A DNA stretch of 64,000 bases. Source: a virus. The DNA is taken from the IMG/VR virus record IMGVR_UViG_3300046517_002960, positions 64,001 through 128,000 of that record, one strand, 5' to 3'. The notes beneath the pieces were generated by a model. That model was not told where the DNA came from. It did no database searches and saw nothing but the letters and a program-made list of their open reading frames with translations. Position 1 is the stretch's first letter. Each line of letters begins with the position of its first letter. The translations under genes and the position numbers were made by a program. Below, one piece after another: positions 43,749 to 52,491 of this stretch.

Positions 43749-44045
43749 TCAGCGGGACCCGGGCCAGGAGTCCTCCTCGTCCAGCCCGGGGATGGCGAAC
43801 CCGGGGAGCACTACGCAGGCGTCCGGCAAGGTGGCGTTCTCCCGGAAGGTCAGCAGGAACTCCTCGCCGGGCCGCAGGGAAACAGGCTCGTCCGGTACCG
43901 CGAGCCAGGCTGCGCAGCCGGGTTCGTCGGCGTCCTCATCGCGCAGCGGGGTGCACGGGATCACCCGCCCGCGGTAGCACAAGATGATGCCCTTGGGCGG
44001 CGCAGGATTGGCCGGCGCAGGCCGGGATGACCACAGCCACCTCAT
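43749..44045 (-). CDS. Hypothetical protein
   Basis: 98 aa. Confidence 0.55.
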   Translation of the reverse strand: MRWLWSSRPAPANPAPPKGIILCYRGRVIPCTPLRDEDADEPGCAAWLAVPDEPVSLRPGEEFLLTFRENATLPDACVVLPGFAIPGLDEEDSWPGSR

Positions 44046-44099
44046 ATCTCGCAGGATACTCCCTGGCTGATGCTCCGGCCGGCCGGAGGATTCCCGGGG

Positions 44100-44930
44100 T
44101 CAGCCCTTGAAATTGCCGCCGAGGTTGACCCAGCTCCACTTGATCGGGCTGACCGGCGTGGTGTACGCGCACATGTCGCCGCCGGCGTTGATGTAAGTGA
44201 CCCGCATCCGGTCCCCGGCCGGGTCGTAGGCGATGCCCGCCCCGCCCTTGGCCCCGGACTGCTCGCCGTCCACCGCGGCCCATGAGCTGTCGCCGACCTT
44301 GATGTTGACCTGGCCGTTGCCGTCCCAGATCCCGGCCTGCCAGGGCCGGCCGCTGCCGTCGAACGCGACGTCTGCCATGAAAGTCCCTCCTGATGGTGAC
44401 GCGGAGCTCCCGCCCTGCTTCTTTGCCTTGTCGATGACGACGTCCATCGGGAACCCGGAGCCGCAGTCGTGATGCCCGGAGCCCCACGAGCCGAAGTTGA
44501 CGTGCTCGCAGATACCCCGGACGTTCGGGTCCTGAGCCTGATAGTCGTTGAGTACCGTCCAGGGGATCTTGTACTTGTCGACGCAGTAGCGGACCCATTC
44601 CGCCGCATTGTTGATGAGCGTTCCCTTAGAGCCGAGCCAGGTATCCCGCGACCATGAGGCGTAGGCGCACATCTCCAGGGAAAGGCACCAGTCATTTGCG
44701 CTTCCCTGGGTCCACGCTTTGTGGTTCTCATAGACGTACGCGCCGAAGACTCCGGCCTCGTAGTTGTCGGCGCCGTGGTGGCTGGAGCACTGGGCGGACG
44801 GGTTAGCGAACCAGGCGCCCAGATCCCGGATCTTCATCGCGCCTTCAGTCGTGTGAAGGACGATCTTGTTGTACGGTCCCCGGCTGGTTGAGTAGTGCGG
44901 GGACGGCATCCAGATTTCCTGGAGGGCCAT
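44100..44930 (-). CDS. Endolysin, N-acetylmuramoyl-L-alanine amidase (Amidase_2)
   Basis: IVLHTTEG, SSHH..D, AWTQG..N..LSLEM, CEH...GHHDCG..FP Zn-amidase motifs; C-terminal beta domain. Confidence 0.9.
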   Translation of the reverse strand: MALQEIWMPSPHYSTSRGPYNKIVLHTTEGAMKIRDLGAWFANPSAQCSSHHGADNYEAGVFGAYVYENHKAWTQGSANDWCLSLEMCAYASWSRDTWLGSKGTLINNAAEWVRYCVDKYKIPWTVLNDYQAQDPNVRGICEHVNFGSWGSGHHDCGSGFPMDVVIDKAKKQGGSSASPSGGTFMADVAFDGSGRPWQAGIWDGNGQVNIKVGDSSWAAVDGEQSGAKGGAGIAYDPAGDRMRVTYINAGGDMCAYTTPVSPIKWSWVNLGGNFKG

Positions 44931-45013
44931 GCCGGCGGCTCCCTTGGTGCGGAGAGCCCGGCTCCCGGTAGGCCGCGGGCGAGATGAAGATGGTCAGGTC
45001 AAGCGTAGCCGGG

Positions 45014-45256
45014 TCACGGCCCGGCGCCGGGGAACCTCTCCCGGTAGAGCCGCAGCCGGGCGGCGAACCGGGGATCCCCCTCCGCGGCGTTCCACGGCTC
45101 GGCCTGCTGGCCGTCCGGCGGCGGGTCGCCGGACGGGTCCGGCAGCTCGAGCTCGATCTCGCCGGCGTCCAGCTCGTCGCTGGTGAACGCCGCGCCGTAC
45201 CGGACGAGGCGCCGGCCGCCGTGGCGGTGGCGGCGCAGCCTGTTCCCCATGGGCAT
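45014..45256 (-). CDS. Hypothetical protein in the lysis region
   Basis: 80 aa, AAGGGG RBS. Confidence 0.5.
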   Translation of the reverse strand: MPMGNRLRRHRHGGRRLVRYGAAFTSDELDAGEIELELPDPSGDPPPDGQQAEPWNAAEGDPRFAARLRLYRERFPGAGP

Positions 45257-45267
45257 GGTTTCCCCTT

Positions 45268-45477
45268 TCACTTGCGGTTCCCGTTGCCGTTACGGGCACG
45301 GGAGCCGGTAATCAGCCAGACCAGCACGGCGATGCCGCCGACCGCCAGCCAGGATCCGGTCATGACCATCAGGTCCCAGCCTGACAGGTGCGCGGACCCG
45401 GCTGTGATCAGGTCAGCACCGAAGTTGAGCAGCGACAGCGCGAAGATCAGCAGCCAGAAGGTCCGCGGGCTCAGCAT
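45268..45477 (-). CDS. Holin-like small membrane protein (2 TM, basic C-terminus)
   Basis: 69 aa, two hydrophobic helices, upstream of the endolysin. Confidence 0.55.
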   Translation of the reverse strand: MLSPRTFWLLIFALSLLNFGADLITAGSAHLSGWDLMVMTGSWLAVGGIAVLVWLITGSRARNGNGNRK

Positions 45478-45499
45478 GGCAGGATTCCTCCGGGCATGG

Positions 45500-46930
45500 T
45501 CAGAACTTTCCGGGGTACATCGCGGCGATGACCGTGGCCATGTCCTGCCGGGCGCCCTGCAGCGGGGTCAGGGTGGCCGTGTCGGTATCGTCATCGAACT
45601 CGTACTGGCCGGTCATGAAGATCACCGGCCCGGCGGTCACCTCGCCGCCGTACGGCGCGTCCGCGACCATGACCTGGACGAGCGTGCCGGCTTTCTCGCA
45701 GCCCAGGTCGACCGGGAACCCGCCGGCGTTGAGCAGCTGGCCCGGCCCGACCGTGAACGGCCCGGCGAAGCTGGCCCGGACGTACTTGGCCAGGATGTTG
45801 TTCCCGATCTGGGTCACCTGGGAGACGGTCAGCACCCCGGCCGAGCTGGTATCCAGGTAGTACTCCATCGGGCCGTGGCGGAGCACCGAGCTGGCCTGGG
45901 TGACGGTGAGGGTCGCGTAGACGGCAGGCACCGCCTTGGTGGTGGAGGTGGCCTGGATGTCTGTGCTGACCTGGTAGCGGATGACCAGCGTGTTAATGTC
46001 GGCGTTGATCGTCCGCGGCACCGGGGTGTGGCTGATGAGGAGCCGGCCGACCGGGTACTGCAGGGTGCCGTACACGTCGGCGGGCAGCCCGAACACCTGC
46101 AGCTGCCATGGCCCGGCCGGGGCCTGGGTCACGCCTGGCGGGGTGACCATCCAGGTCAGCGCGCCGCCGGAGCAGAGCAGGTTCAGGAACGCCGCGATCG
46201 TCTGCGCGCCGGAGTCGACCTGCTGGGACAGGTAGATGCCCAGCGGCGTGCCGATCCCCGGGTTGGACCAGCGCAGCCCGCGGCTGATGGCCTGGTTCAC
46301 CGGGTCGTCGGCGTTCCACGTGGTGTAGAGCGCGGTGAAGTCCGCGCCGTAGGTGCCCGCCCCGTGTGCCGTGACTGCCCAGCCCTCGGTTCCCGGCTGA
46401 GGCTCGTCCAGCTTGCCTTCCCAGACGCAGTTGGCGCCGCGGAAGACCTGCACCACCCGGCCCGGGTTGAGGGCGTCGGTGCGGTAGTCGGGCGGCAGCC
46501 GCAGCAGGCAGCTCATGTGGTCCGGGCCGCCCGGGCAGGTGAAGCTGTACTTCAGCGCGGACACGTGGCCGAGCGCGCCGAGCCACCGGGGGCTGGTCGG
46601 CGACGGGACGCTTACCGCGGTGTCCGGGCTGCCCGGCTGGGCCTGCGGGGCCGGGGTGAAGAACACGTTGGAGAAGCCCGCGAACGGCGCGGACACCGCC
46701 GCCACGGTGAACAGCGTGGGTTCCTTCAGGGTCCCGCTGGTCCAGAGCCGGAAGTCGTCGCCGGGCAGCACGCCCGCTGCCTGCGCCGGGGTCAGGACGA
46801 GGTAGCTGAACCCGGCGTAGCCTCCGGCCCAGCTGCCGGCGAGGCCCCCGCCGGACAGGGCGGATGACCAGGCGGGCCGCTGCGGGACGAACGTACAAAC
46901 TTGTGAGGCAGAAGCGCGCTCCAGGGCCAT
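45500..46930 (-). CDS. Minor tail protein
   Basis: 476 aa; LKYSFTCPGG..MSCLL..NPGRVVQVFRG..VWEGKLDEP, a typical tail hub/baseplate pattern; tail operon position. Confidence 0.8.
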   Translation of the reverse strand: MALERASASQVCTFVPQRPAWSSALSGGGLAGSWAGGYAGFSYLVLTPAQAAGVLPGDDFRLWTSGTLKEPTLFTVAAVSAPFAGFSNVFFTPAPQAQPGSPDTAVSVPSPTSPRWLGALGHVSALKYSFTCPGGPDHMSCLLRLPPDYRTDALNPGRVVQVFRGANCVWEGKLDEPQPGTEGWAVTAHGAGTYGADFTALYTTWNADDPVNQAISRGLRWSNPGIGTPLGIYLSQQVDSGAQTIAAFLNLLCSGGALTWMVTPPGVTQAPAGPWQLQVFGLPADVYGTLQYPVGRLLISHTPVPRTINADINTLVIRYQVSTDIQATSTTKAVPAVYATLTVTQASSVLRHGPMEYYLDTSSAGVLTVSQVTQIGNNILAKYVRASFAGPFTVGPGQLLNAGGFPVDLGCEKAGTLVQVMVADAPYGGEVTAGPVIFMTGQYEFDDDTDTATLTPLQGARQDMATVIAAMYPGKF

Positions 46931-47240
46931 CTAGCTGCCGCCCCAGAACTGCGACGCGTTGGCCTTGTAGTCCAGCTGCGGCGCGGGCGGCCCGCCTTCG
47001 TACCCCGTGTTCAGGTCGTGGTGCTGGTCCAGGGTGGCGATGAGCGCGTCGGCATCAGCCTGGGTCATGCCGAGGCCGTCCGGGAAGGCGGCGGTCAGGA
47101 ACACCTCGCCGCCCATCGCCGCGATGTAGGCACGCTGGTCGGCCAGCCGGGTGAAGCTGTCCCGGACCCCGGTGAGCAGCGTGCCGAGCGTGGCCAGGTA
47201 AGTCCCCGGGTTCGGGACGTTGGTGGCGATAGGTCATCAC
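46931..47240 (-). CDS. Small tail-region protein with apparent 1-nt frameshift just after the start (47231)
   Basis: GTG ATG ACC [T] ATC GCC ACC AAC...; the downstream frame (47230-46931) is open for 100 codons with strong GC3 bias. Confidence 0.6.
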
Positions 47241-47247
47241 TTCCCTG

Positions 47248-49089
47248 TCAGATGAGCGAGAAGATCCCGTGGCAGTCGATGGAGCTCACGGTGGTGGCGT
47301 TGACGCCGAAGACGGTGACGGAGCCGTCCGTGTTGAAGGACATCGTGGGGGGCCAGTTACCCGACAGCGCGTTCTGGGTCCCGATGACGGGGAGCAGCTT
47401 GCGCCCGGAGGCCGGGGTGTACCCGGCCGGCAGCGCACCCGCGGCAAGCACCGCGGTGCCGTCGCTCTTGGTGCCGATCAGCCGCAGCGAGATCGACACC
47501 TCCACGCTGCCGGTGGGCAGCAGCCGGTACTTCTTCCACCCGCCCGAGCCGAGACCCCAGCCGTTGGCGCCGGGCGGGAAGTCGTGCCAGGTCTCCGCGG
47601 CCGAAGGGCTCGTCCCGGGCTGCACGGCGGTGACCGGCCCGGTGTACCCGGCCGCGAACGCGTTCCCCGCCGTGTCGGTCCCCGCGGCCGGCTGCAGCGC
47701 GGCCAGCAGCACGCCCGCGGTGAAGTAGGTGATGACGACCTTGCCGTCCGCGCCCCCGCCAGCCTGGACCGGCGCGGCGCCGGTATGCCAGTTGACGGTG
47801 ATCAGCGGGTTCTGGCCGTTATCGCCGCCCGCGCCGTACGCGGAGCCGTAGTTATTGAGGTTGAACGAGCTGCCCGGGCCGAGCGAGACGGACTGGGCGG
47901 CCCCGCTCTGCAGCGCGCTGCCGAGGCCCTGCCCGGTCAGGTCGGTGGTGACCGTGCCGCCGACGTTGCCCTGCCACCAGGTCTTGATCCCGGTGATCCC
48001 GCCCGCGTTCCAGCTGGACGGCAGCGACGACCGGTTCGTGTAGCCGAGGATGACGTACGCGCCGTTGTTGTACCAGGTGTGCGTCCACTCAAGCCGGATG
48101 GAGACCTGGTCGATGGTCTTGCCGGACAGGTCGCCCTGGGGGTTCCCGCCGATGATGCCCAGGGCTTTCTGCGTGCCGTTGTACGACCCGCCTGAGGCGG
48201 TCTCGCCGCCCTGCCACATGGTCCCGTCCGCCCTTTTCTGGTTGGCGTTGCCGCCGGTCGCGTCCGACCCGAAGTAGGTGGCTGAGCTGTTCAGCCGGTA
48301 GGTGCTCGTGCCCGAGGTGGCCGCGGTGGCCGCCCCGGCGCCCCCGCCGCCCGCGCCCGGTGTCGACCCGTTGCTCCCGTTGGCCCCGCTGGCGCCCCCG
48401 TTCCCGCCGCCCCCGGTGCCCCCGGACGCTCCGGACGACCCGGATGACGTGATGCCGTTGGCTCCGGATGCGTTCGGACCGGCCGGTGCCCCGCCGCCGC
48501 AGCCGCCGGTTCCCTGGCTGCCGTTCCCGCCGCCGTTCCCGCCGTGGTTCTCGATGGTGCCCGTGCCCGGGCCGCCGTGCCCGGCCGTGCCGCCGCCGGG
48601 ACCCCCGGTGAAACCGCTGCCCGCCCCGCCGCCGTTGGCGAACACACCTCCCGTGGTCGTGCCGCCGCCCCCGGAGGAGGTATCGAACAGCGTCGCGCCG
48701 CCGTCCTGCCCCCCGTTCCCGGTGGTCCCGCCGGAGCCGCCGTTGCCGACGATGTAGCTGTATGTCACCCCTGGCACCACCGGGTAGGCGGGCTCGCTGG
48801 CGTATTCTCCGCCCCCTCCGCCTTCGCCGCCGCGGGTCGACCCGCCGCCGCCCCCGCCCGCGCCGGCCCCCCAGCATTCGATTTTGGCTGCTGTCACGCC
48901 GGCCGGGCAGGTCCAGGTGTACGTCCCGTTGCCCGCCTGGGTGACCTGGCCCTGGTTCTGCCCGTAGGTCAGCGCGGGCGGCGCGGCCGGGTGCGCGGAC
49001 AGGTGCGCGGCCAGCCGGGCTTCGACGTCGGCGGCCTTGGCGTGCGCGGTTGACGGGAGCAGGCGGGGGTCCTGGCCGGGGTTCGTCAT
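47248..49089 (-). CDS. Gly-rich minor tail protein / tail fibre
   Basis: WTCPAGVT..KIECWGAGAGGGGG glycine-rich domain plus C-terminal fibre-like domain; 613 aa. Confidence 0.85.
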   Translation of the reverse strand: MTNPGQDPRLLPSTAHAKAADVEARLAAHLSAHPAAPPALTYGQNQGQVTQAGNGTYTWTCPAGVTAAKIECWGAGAGGGGGGSTRGGEGGGGGEYASEPAYPVVPGVTYSYIVGNGGSGGTTGNGGQDGGATLFDTSSGGGGTTTGGVFANGGGAGSGFTGGPGGGTAGHGGPGTGTIENHGGNGGGNGSQGTGGCGGGAPAGPNASGANGITSSGSSGASGGTGGGGNGGASGANGSNGSTPGAGGGGAGAATAATSGTSTYRLNSSATYFGSDATGGNANQKRADGTMWQGGETASGGSYNGTQKALGIIGGNPQGDLSGKTIDQVSIRLEWTHTWYNNGAYVILGYTNRSSLPSSWNAGGITGIKTWWQGNVGGTVTTDLTGQGLGSALQSGAAQSVSLGPGSSFNLNNYGSAYGAGGDNGQNPLITVNWHTGAAPVQAGGGADGKVVITYFTAGVLLAALQPAAGTDTAGNAFAAGYTGPVTAVQPGTSPSAAETWHDFPPGANGWGLGSGGWKKYRLLPTGSVEVSISLRLIGTKSDGTAVLAAGALPAGYTPASGRKLLPVIGTQNALSGNWPPTMSFNTDGSVTVFGVNATTVSSIDCHGIFSLI

Positions 49090-49161
49090 GATGCAGCCCT
49101 CAGATCAACCGGATCGTGCGTCGGCTGACGTGGGCTCACGTAGAGTGATGTGGTACTCATG

Positions 49162-52100
49162 TTACGAAATCCGATCGGAGTACCATCGTGGGAGATATGA
49201 CACTCCAAGGTTCGGAGCACCAGTAGGGCTGTACGCGAGGAAGACATTATCTCCTGGGGTTAGATAGAATGGGCCGCCACTTACGATGCAGGAGTCCAGC
49301 ACCGAGATGGCCTGGCTCCGGTCCAGGTTGGAGCCCATGATCCGGCCGAGGTCCCGGTCCGAGGTGGGCTCATCAATGAAGAAGTTGGTGTATGCGTTAC
49401 CGGGGGAGATGTTGAGTATCACGGTCTGTCCCTGGGTATCGAGGAACAGCACGTCCAGGAACTGGTCATTCTGGTCGGTGTCACTTACCGATACGGCGTA
49501 GTACGCGCTGGTATTAGAGGGGTCCATGTCCTTGACGGGAAGCGTGATCTCGCCCATGATCACGACGCCGTTGACGATGTCCGTGGCCGGCGTCACCGAG
49601 CGGGTCAGCTGCGTGGTCCAGACCGGGCCGCCGGCGTACTCGTACTGGTAGACGGTCAGCGTGATCTGCCGGGCGGAGGACGGGCTGTCCCAGGTGAAGT
49701 TCATCAGCACGGCCGAGTAGGTGCCGCGGTACAGCGAGTTGGTCCCGGCGATCACCTGCGGCACCGCGTACTGGCGGCCGTCCGGGTTGTCCGCCGGGTA
49801 GACCGGCACGCACGGGTTCAGGTTCTCGGGCGCGTCCGGGCCGGGCCGGTGCGCGATCAGCGTCCCGAACGGGGCCAGCGGCGGGGTCCAGGTCAGGAAG
49901 ACCGCGCCGCCGCCGCCGGCTCCGCCGAGCTGCGCGGTGGTGCTCATGTCCGCGCCGCCGCCCCCGCCGCCAGGGGGTGAGTTGGTGCTGCCCGGCTGAT
50001 CGGCCGCGGGCGCGCCGTCCGCGCCTTTGCCGCCGCCGGTCACGGCTGCCGCGCCGGCCTGGCTGGTGGCCGCGGTGCCCGCGCTGGCGAACCCGCCCGA
50101 CGCGCCGCCCCCGCCGCCCAGCAGGGTCGTAGACCAGCCCGCGCCGCCGGGGAAGTGCACCGCGTTGGCCGAGCCGGATCCGCCGGCGCCGCCCGCGGTG
50201 GCGTTGAGCGCGGCGCTGGCCCCGCCGCTGGCCCGGACCACGGTCCCGGTCGTGCCCGCCGAGCCGAACGTGGTCTGGCCGCCGGCTACCGGGCTGCCCG
50301 CCGCGATAATGTAAGTCAGCCGGACCTGGCCGATCGCGCCGTTTCCCCCGCCGCCGTTATATGCGGTGGAGAACCCCCCGCCGCCCCCGCCGCCCGGGCC
50401 GCCGCCCGCGCCCGGCCAGCCCGAGGCCGGGGCTCCGGCGCCGCCCGCCCCGCCGCCGGATACCGCGCTGGCCCCGGCACCGCCCGCGGTGGCCCCGCCT
50501 GCCCCGCCCGCGCTGCCGCCCGCGCCCGTGCCCCCGGATCCGCCGCCGCCCCCGCCGCCCTGCCGCGGTGCGGTCCCGCCCGCGCCCCCGGAGAAGTGGG
50601 TGCCGTTAGTGCTGCCGGAGCCTCCCGCGCCTCCTGTGGTCCCGCCGAGCAGCGCGCTGGCGCCGCCGTGCGCGGTGACCACGGTCACGGTGGTCGCCGC
50701 CGACCCGAACGTGGTGCTGGCGCCGCTGCGCTGGCTGACGGTCCCCTGGCCGGACAGCCCGCCGCCGCCGGACCCGCCGGACCCGGTGGTGAACGGGACC
50801 CGGGTGCCGGCCGTGACGGGCAGCGCGGATTCCGCCGCGTACTCGCCGCCCCCGCCGCCGCCCGAGCCCGGGCCGCCGCCCGCGCCGCCGCCCCAGCACT
50901 CGGCCTTGACCGTGGTGACCCCGGCCGGGACCAGCCAGCTGCCGGCGCCGGCCGAGGTGAACGTGATGACGTGCTGGGTGTCACCGGAGGACCCGGCCGT
51001 GCCGCAGGAATACGGGACCGGGGTGCCAGCCGCGACGGTCAGCGCGTTCTCCCGCGCGTACTCGCCCCCGCCGCCCCCGCCGCCCAGCCCGGCGGTGGTC
51101 CGGCTGGCCCCGGCGCCGCCCGCTCCGGTGGCCTCGGCCTGGACGCTGGTCACGCCCAGCGGCGGCCACCACACCCCGGTGCCTGTCAGCTCGGTGCTCA
51201 CCGGCCCGGCCTGCGGCAGCTGGAACTGCGCTGAGAACGGGGTCCGGGCGGTGCCGGCCGCGCCCATGACCTGGTAGATGGTGCCGCGCTGGGAGGCCGG
51301 GGAGGACAGCGAGGACGGGTTGGCGATCACGTCGTCCAGCCAGGCGTGCAGCCGGATCAGCACGGTGGAGCCCTTGTAGACGAAGTTGGAGATCCGCACC
51401 GAGTAGGCCGTGATGCCCGCGTAGTTGAACCCGGCCGCGCCCTGCGGGATGTTCGCGGTGTGCCGGGTCCAGGCCGGGGTGCCCGCCGAGTTCGACCAGC
51501 GCTGGCTGTTGTAGGTGCGGGAGAACCGCAGCGTGTGGCCGCCGTTGTCGGTCAGCGTCCAGGCCAGGGTCAGGTTGACCTTCATGGCCGGCCACGGGCC
51601 GAAGTGAGCGGTGTCGTAGCTCAGCCCCACCCACGCGGACAGCACCGGCAGCCCGGTGATGTTCAGCGTGCCCAGCCCGGACCGGGTGTAGGTGCAGACC
51701 GTGCCCCAGGCGGCGGCCGGCGGGGTCCAGTGCGCCGAGGCCGGGCCGTTCACGAACTGGGTGGAGCTGGAGGACCAGTTCGTCCCGGAGACGGTGCCGA
51801 AGGTATCCAGCGTGACCGGGGCGGGCGGCGCGGCGAGGCCGCCGAGCAGCGGGGAGGCGAACGCGACCTGCTGCAGCCCGTCCGTGTCTGACCGGCCGTA
51901 CGGCAGCGCCTGGAAGTGCAGCGTGACCACGGTGATCGGGTCCTGGTTCATCAGGAACCCGTAAGTGATCGTGGCGGGCAGCGCGCGGAAGCAGTCGAAG
52001 ACCAGCGGCAGGCCGCTCGCCACGGGCGTCCAGGTCAGTGTCCAGGTCTGCTGGTCGGTGACGGACATCAGCAGCTCGCGGGCCGCGTTCATGGTCGGGA

Positions 52101-52410
52101 TGTCCGGCGCCGTGATCTTTACCGGCAGGTGAATTTCCCTGTTCGAGCTACGAAATCCGAAAGGACGTTCGCCATCAAGCAGCAAGCTCTGCACGATGTC
52201 TGTCGTGGCCTGGGGGGCGCCCAGGTCGTACGACATGCCGTAGGACAGCCCGGAGCCGCCGCCCTGCGGGGGAGCGAGCAGCTGGAAGACGACGGCCTGG
52301 CCCGCGGTGTTGACCAGCTCGGGGATCAGCGACGGGACGCCGCCGGGCTGGCCCATCAGCTCGATCATGGTCCCGATGGCCAGGGAATCGTAAAGCCCTG
52401 GGGTCGTCAC
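49162..52410 (-). CDS. Distal tail/baseplate-type minor tail protein with two Gly-rich domains
   Basis: First gene after the TMP; LLDGERPFG..NREIHLPV N-terminus; WxVPAGVT..AECWGGG repeats; ends YLPRWYSDR. Confidence 0.85.
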   Translation of the reverse strand: MTTPGLYDSLAIGTMIELMGQPGGVPSLIPELVNTAGQAVVFQLLAPPQGGGSGLSYGMSYDLGAPQATTDIVQSLLLDGERPFGFRSSNREIHLPVKITAPDIPTMNAARELLMSVTDQQTWTLTWTPVASGLPLVFDCFRALPATITYGFLMNQDPITVVTLHFQALPYGRSDTDGLQQVAFASPLLGGLAAPPAPVTLDTFGTVSGTNWSSSSTQFVNGPASAHWTPPAAAWGTVCTYTRSGLGTLNITGLPVLSAWVGLSYDTAHFGPWPAMKVNLTLAWTLTDNGGHTLRFSRTYNSQRWSNSAGTPAWTRHTANIPQGAAGFNYAGITAYSVRISNFVYKGSTVLIRLHAWLDDVIANPSSLSSPASQRGTIYQVMGAAGTARTPFSAQFQLPQAGPVSTELTGTGVWWPPLGVTSVQAEATGAGGAGASRTTAGLGGGGGGGEYARENALTVAAGTPVPYSCGTAGSSGDTQHVITFTSAGAGSWLVPAGVTTVKAECWGGGAGGGPGSGGGGGGEYAAESALPVTAGTRVPFTTGSGGSGGGGLSGQGTVSQRSGASTTFGSAATTVTVVTAHGGASALLGGTTGGAGGSGSTNGTHFSGGAGGTAPRQGGGGGGGSGGTGAGGSAGGAGGATAGGAGASAVSGGGAGGAGAPASGWPGAGGGPGGGGGGGFSTAYNGGGGNGAIGQVRLTYIIAAGSPVAGGQTTFGSAGTTGTVVRASGGASAALNATAGGAGGSGSANAVHFPGGAGWSTTLLGGGGGASGGFASAGTAATSQAGAAAVTGGGKGADGAPAADQPGSTNSPPGGGGGGADMSTTAQLGGAGGGGAVFLTWTPPLAPFGTLIAHRPGPDAPENLNPCVPVYPADNPDGRQYAVPQVIAGTNSLYRGTYSAVLMNFTWDSPSSARQITLTVYQYEYAGGPVWTTQLTRSVTPATDIVNGVVIMGEITLPVKDMDPSNTSAYYAVSVSDTDQNDQFLDVLFLDTQGQTVILNISPGNAYTNFFIDEPTSDRDLGRIMGSNLDRSQAISVLDSCIVSGGPFYLTPGDNVFLAYSPTGAPNLGVSYLPRWYSDRIS

Positions 52411-52416
52411 AGGCGG

Positions 52417-52442
52417 TCCGGGTCCTTTCTTCTCTGGACCCG
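52417..52442 (-). promoter_or_regulatory. Hairpin overlapping the RBS of the distal tail gene
   Basis: CCGGGTCC-N10-GGACCCGG; on the minus strand AGAAAGGA spans the loop and 3' arm, 12 nt before GTG 52410. Confidence 0.45.
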
Positions 52443-52491
52443 GCTCCGTGACGGCCGCGGGCGTAAGTCTGCTGTTACCTGGCGGGAAGCG

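Noticed and set aside
47248-51200. Gly-rich GGC/GGG runs as repeat arrays, collagen or a diversity-generating target
   Set aside because: Ordinary glycine-rich domains of minor tail proteins; no Gly-X-Y periodicity, no template/variable repeat pair, and no reverse transcriptase in the window.
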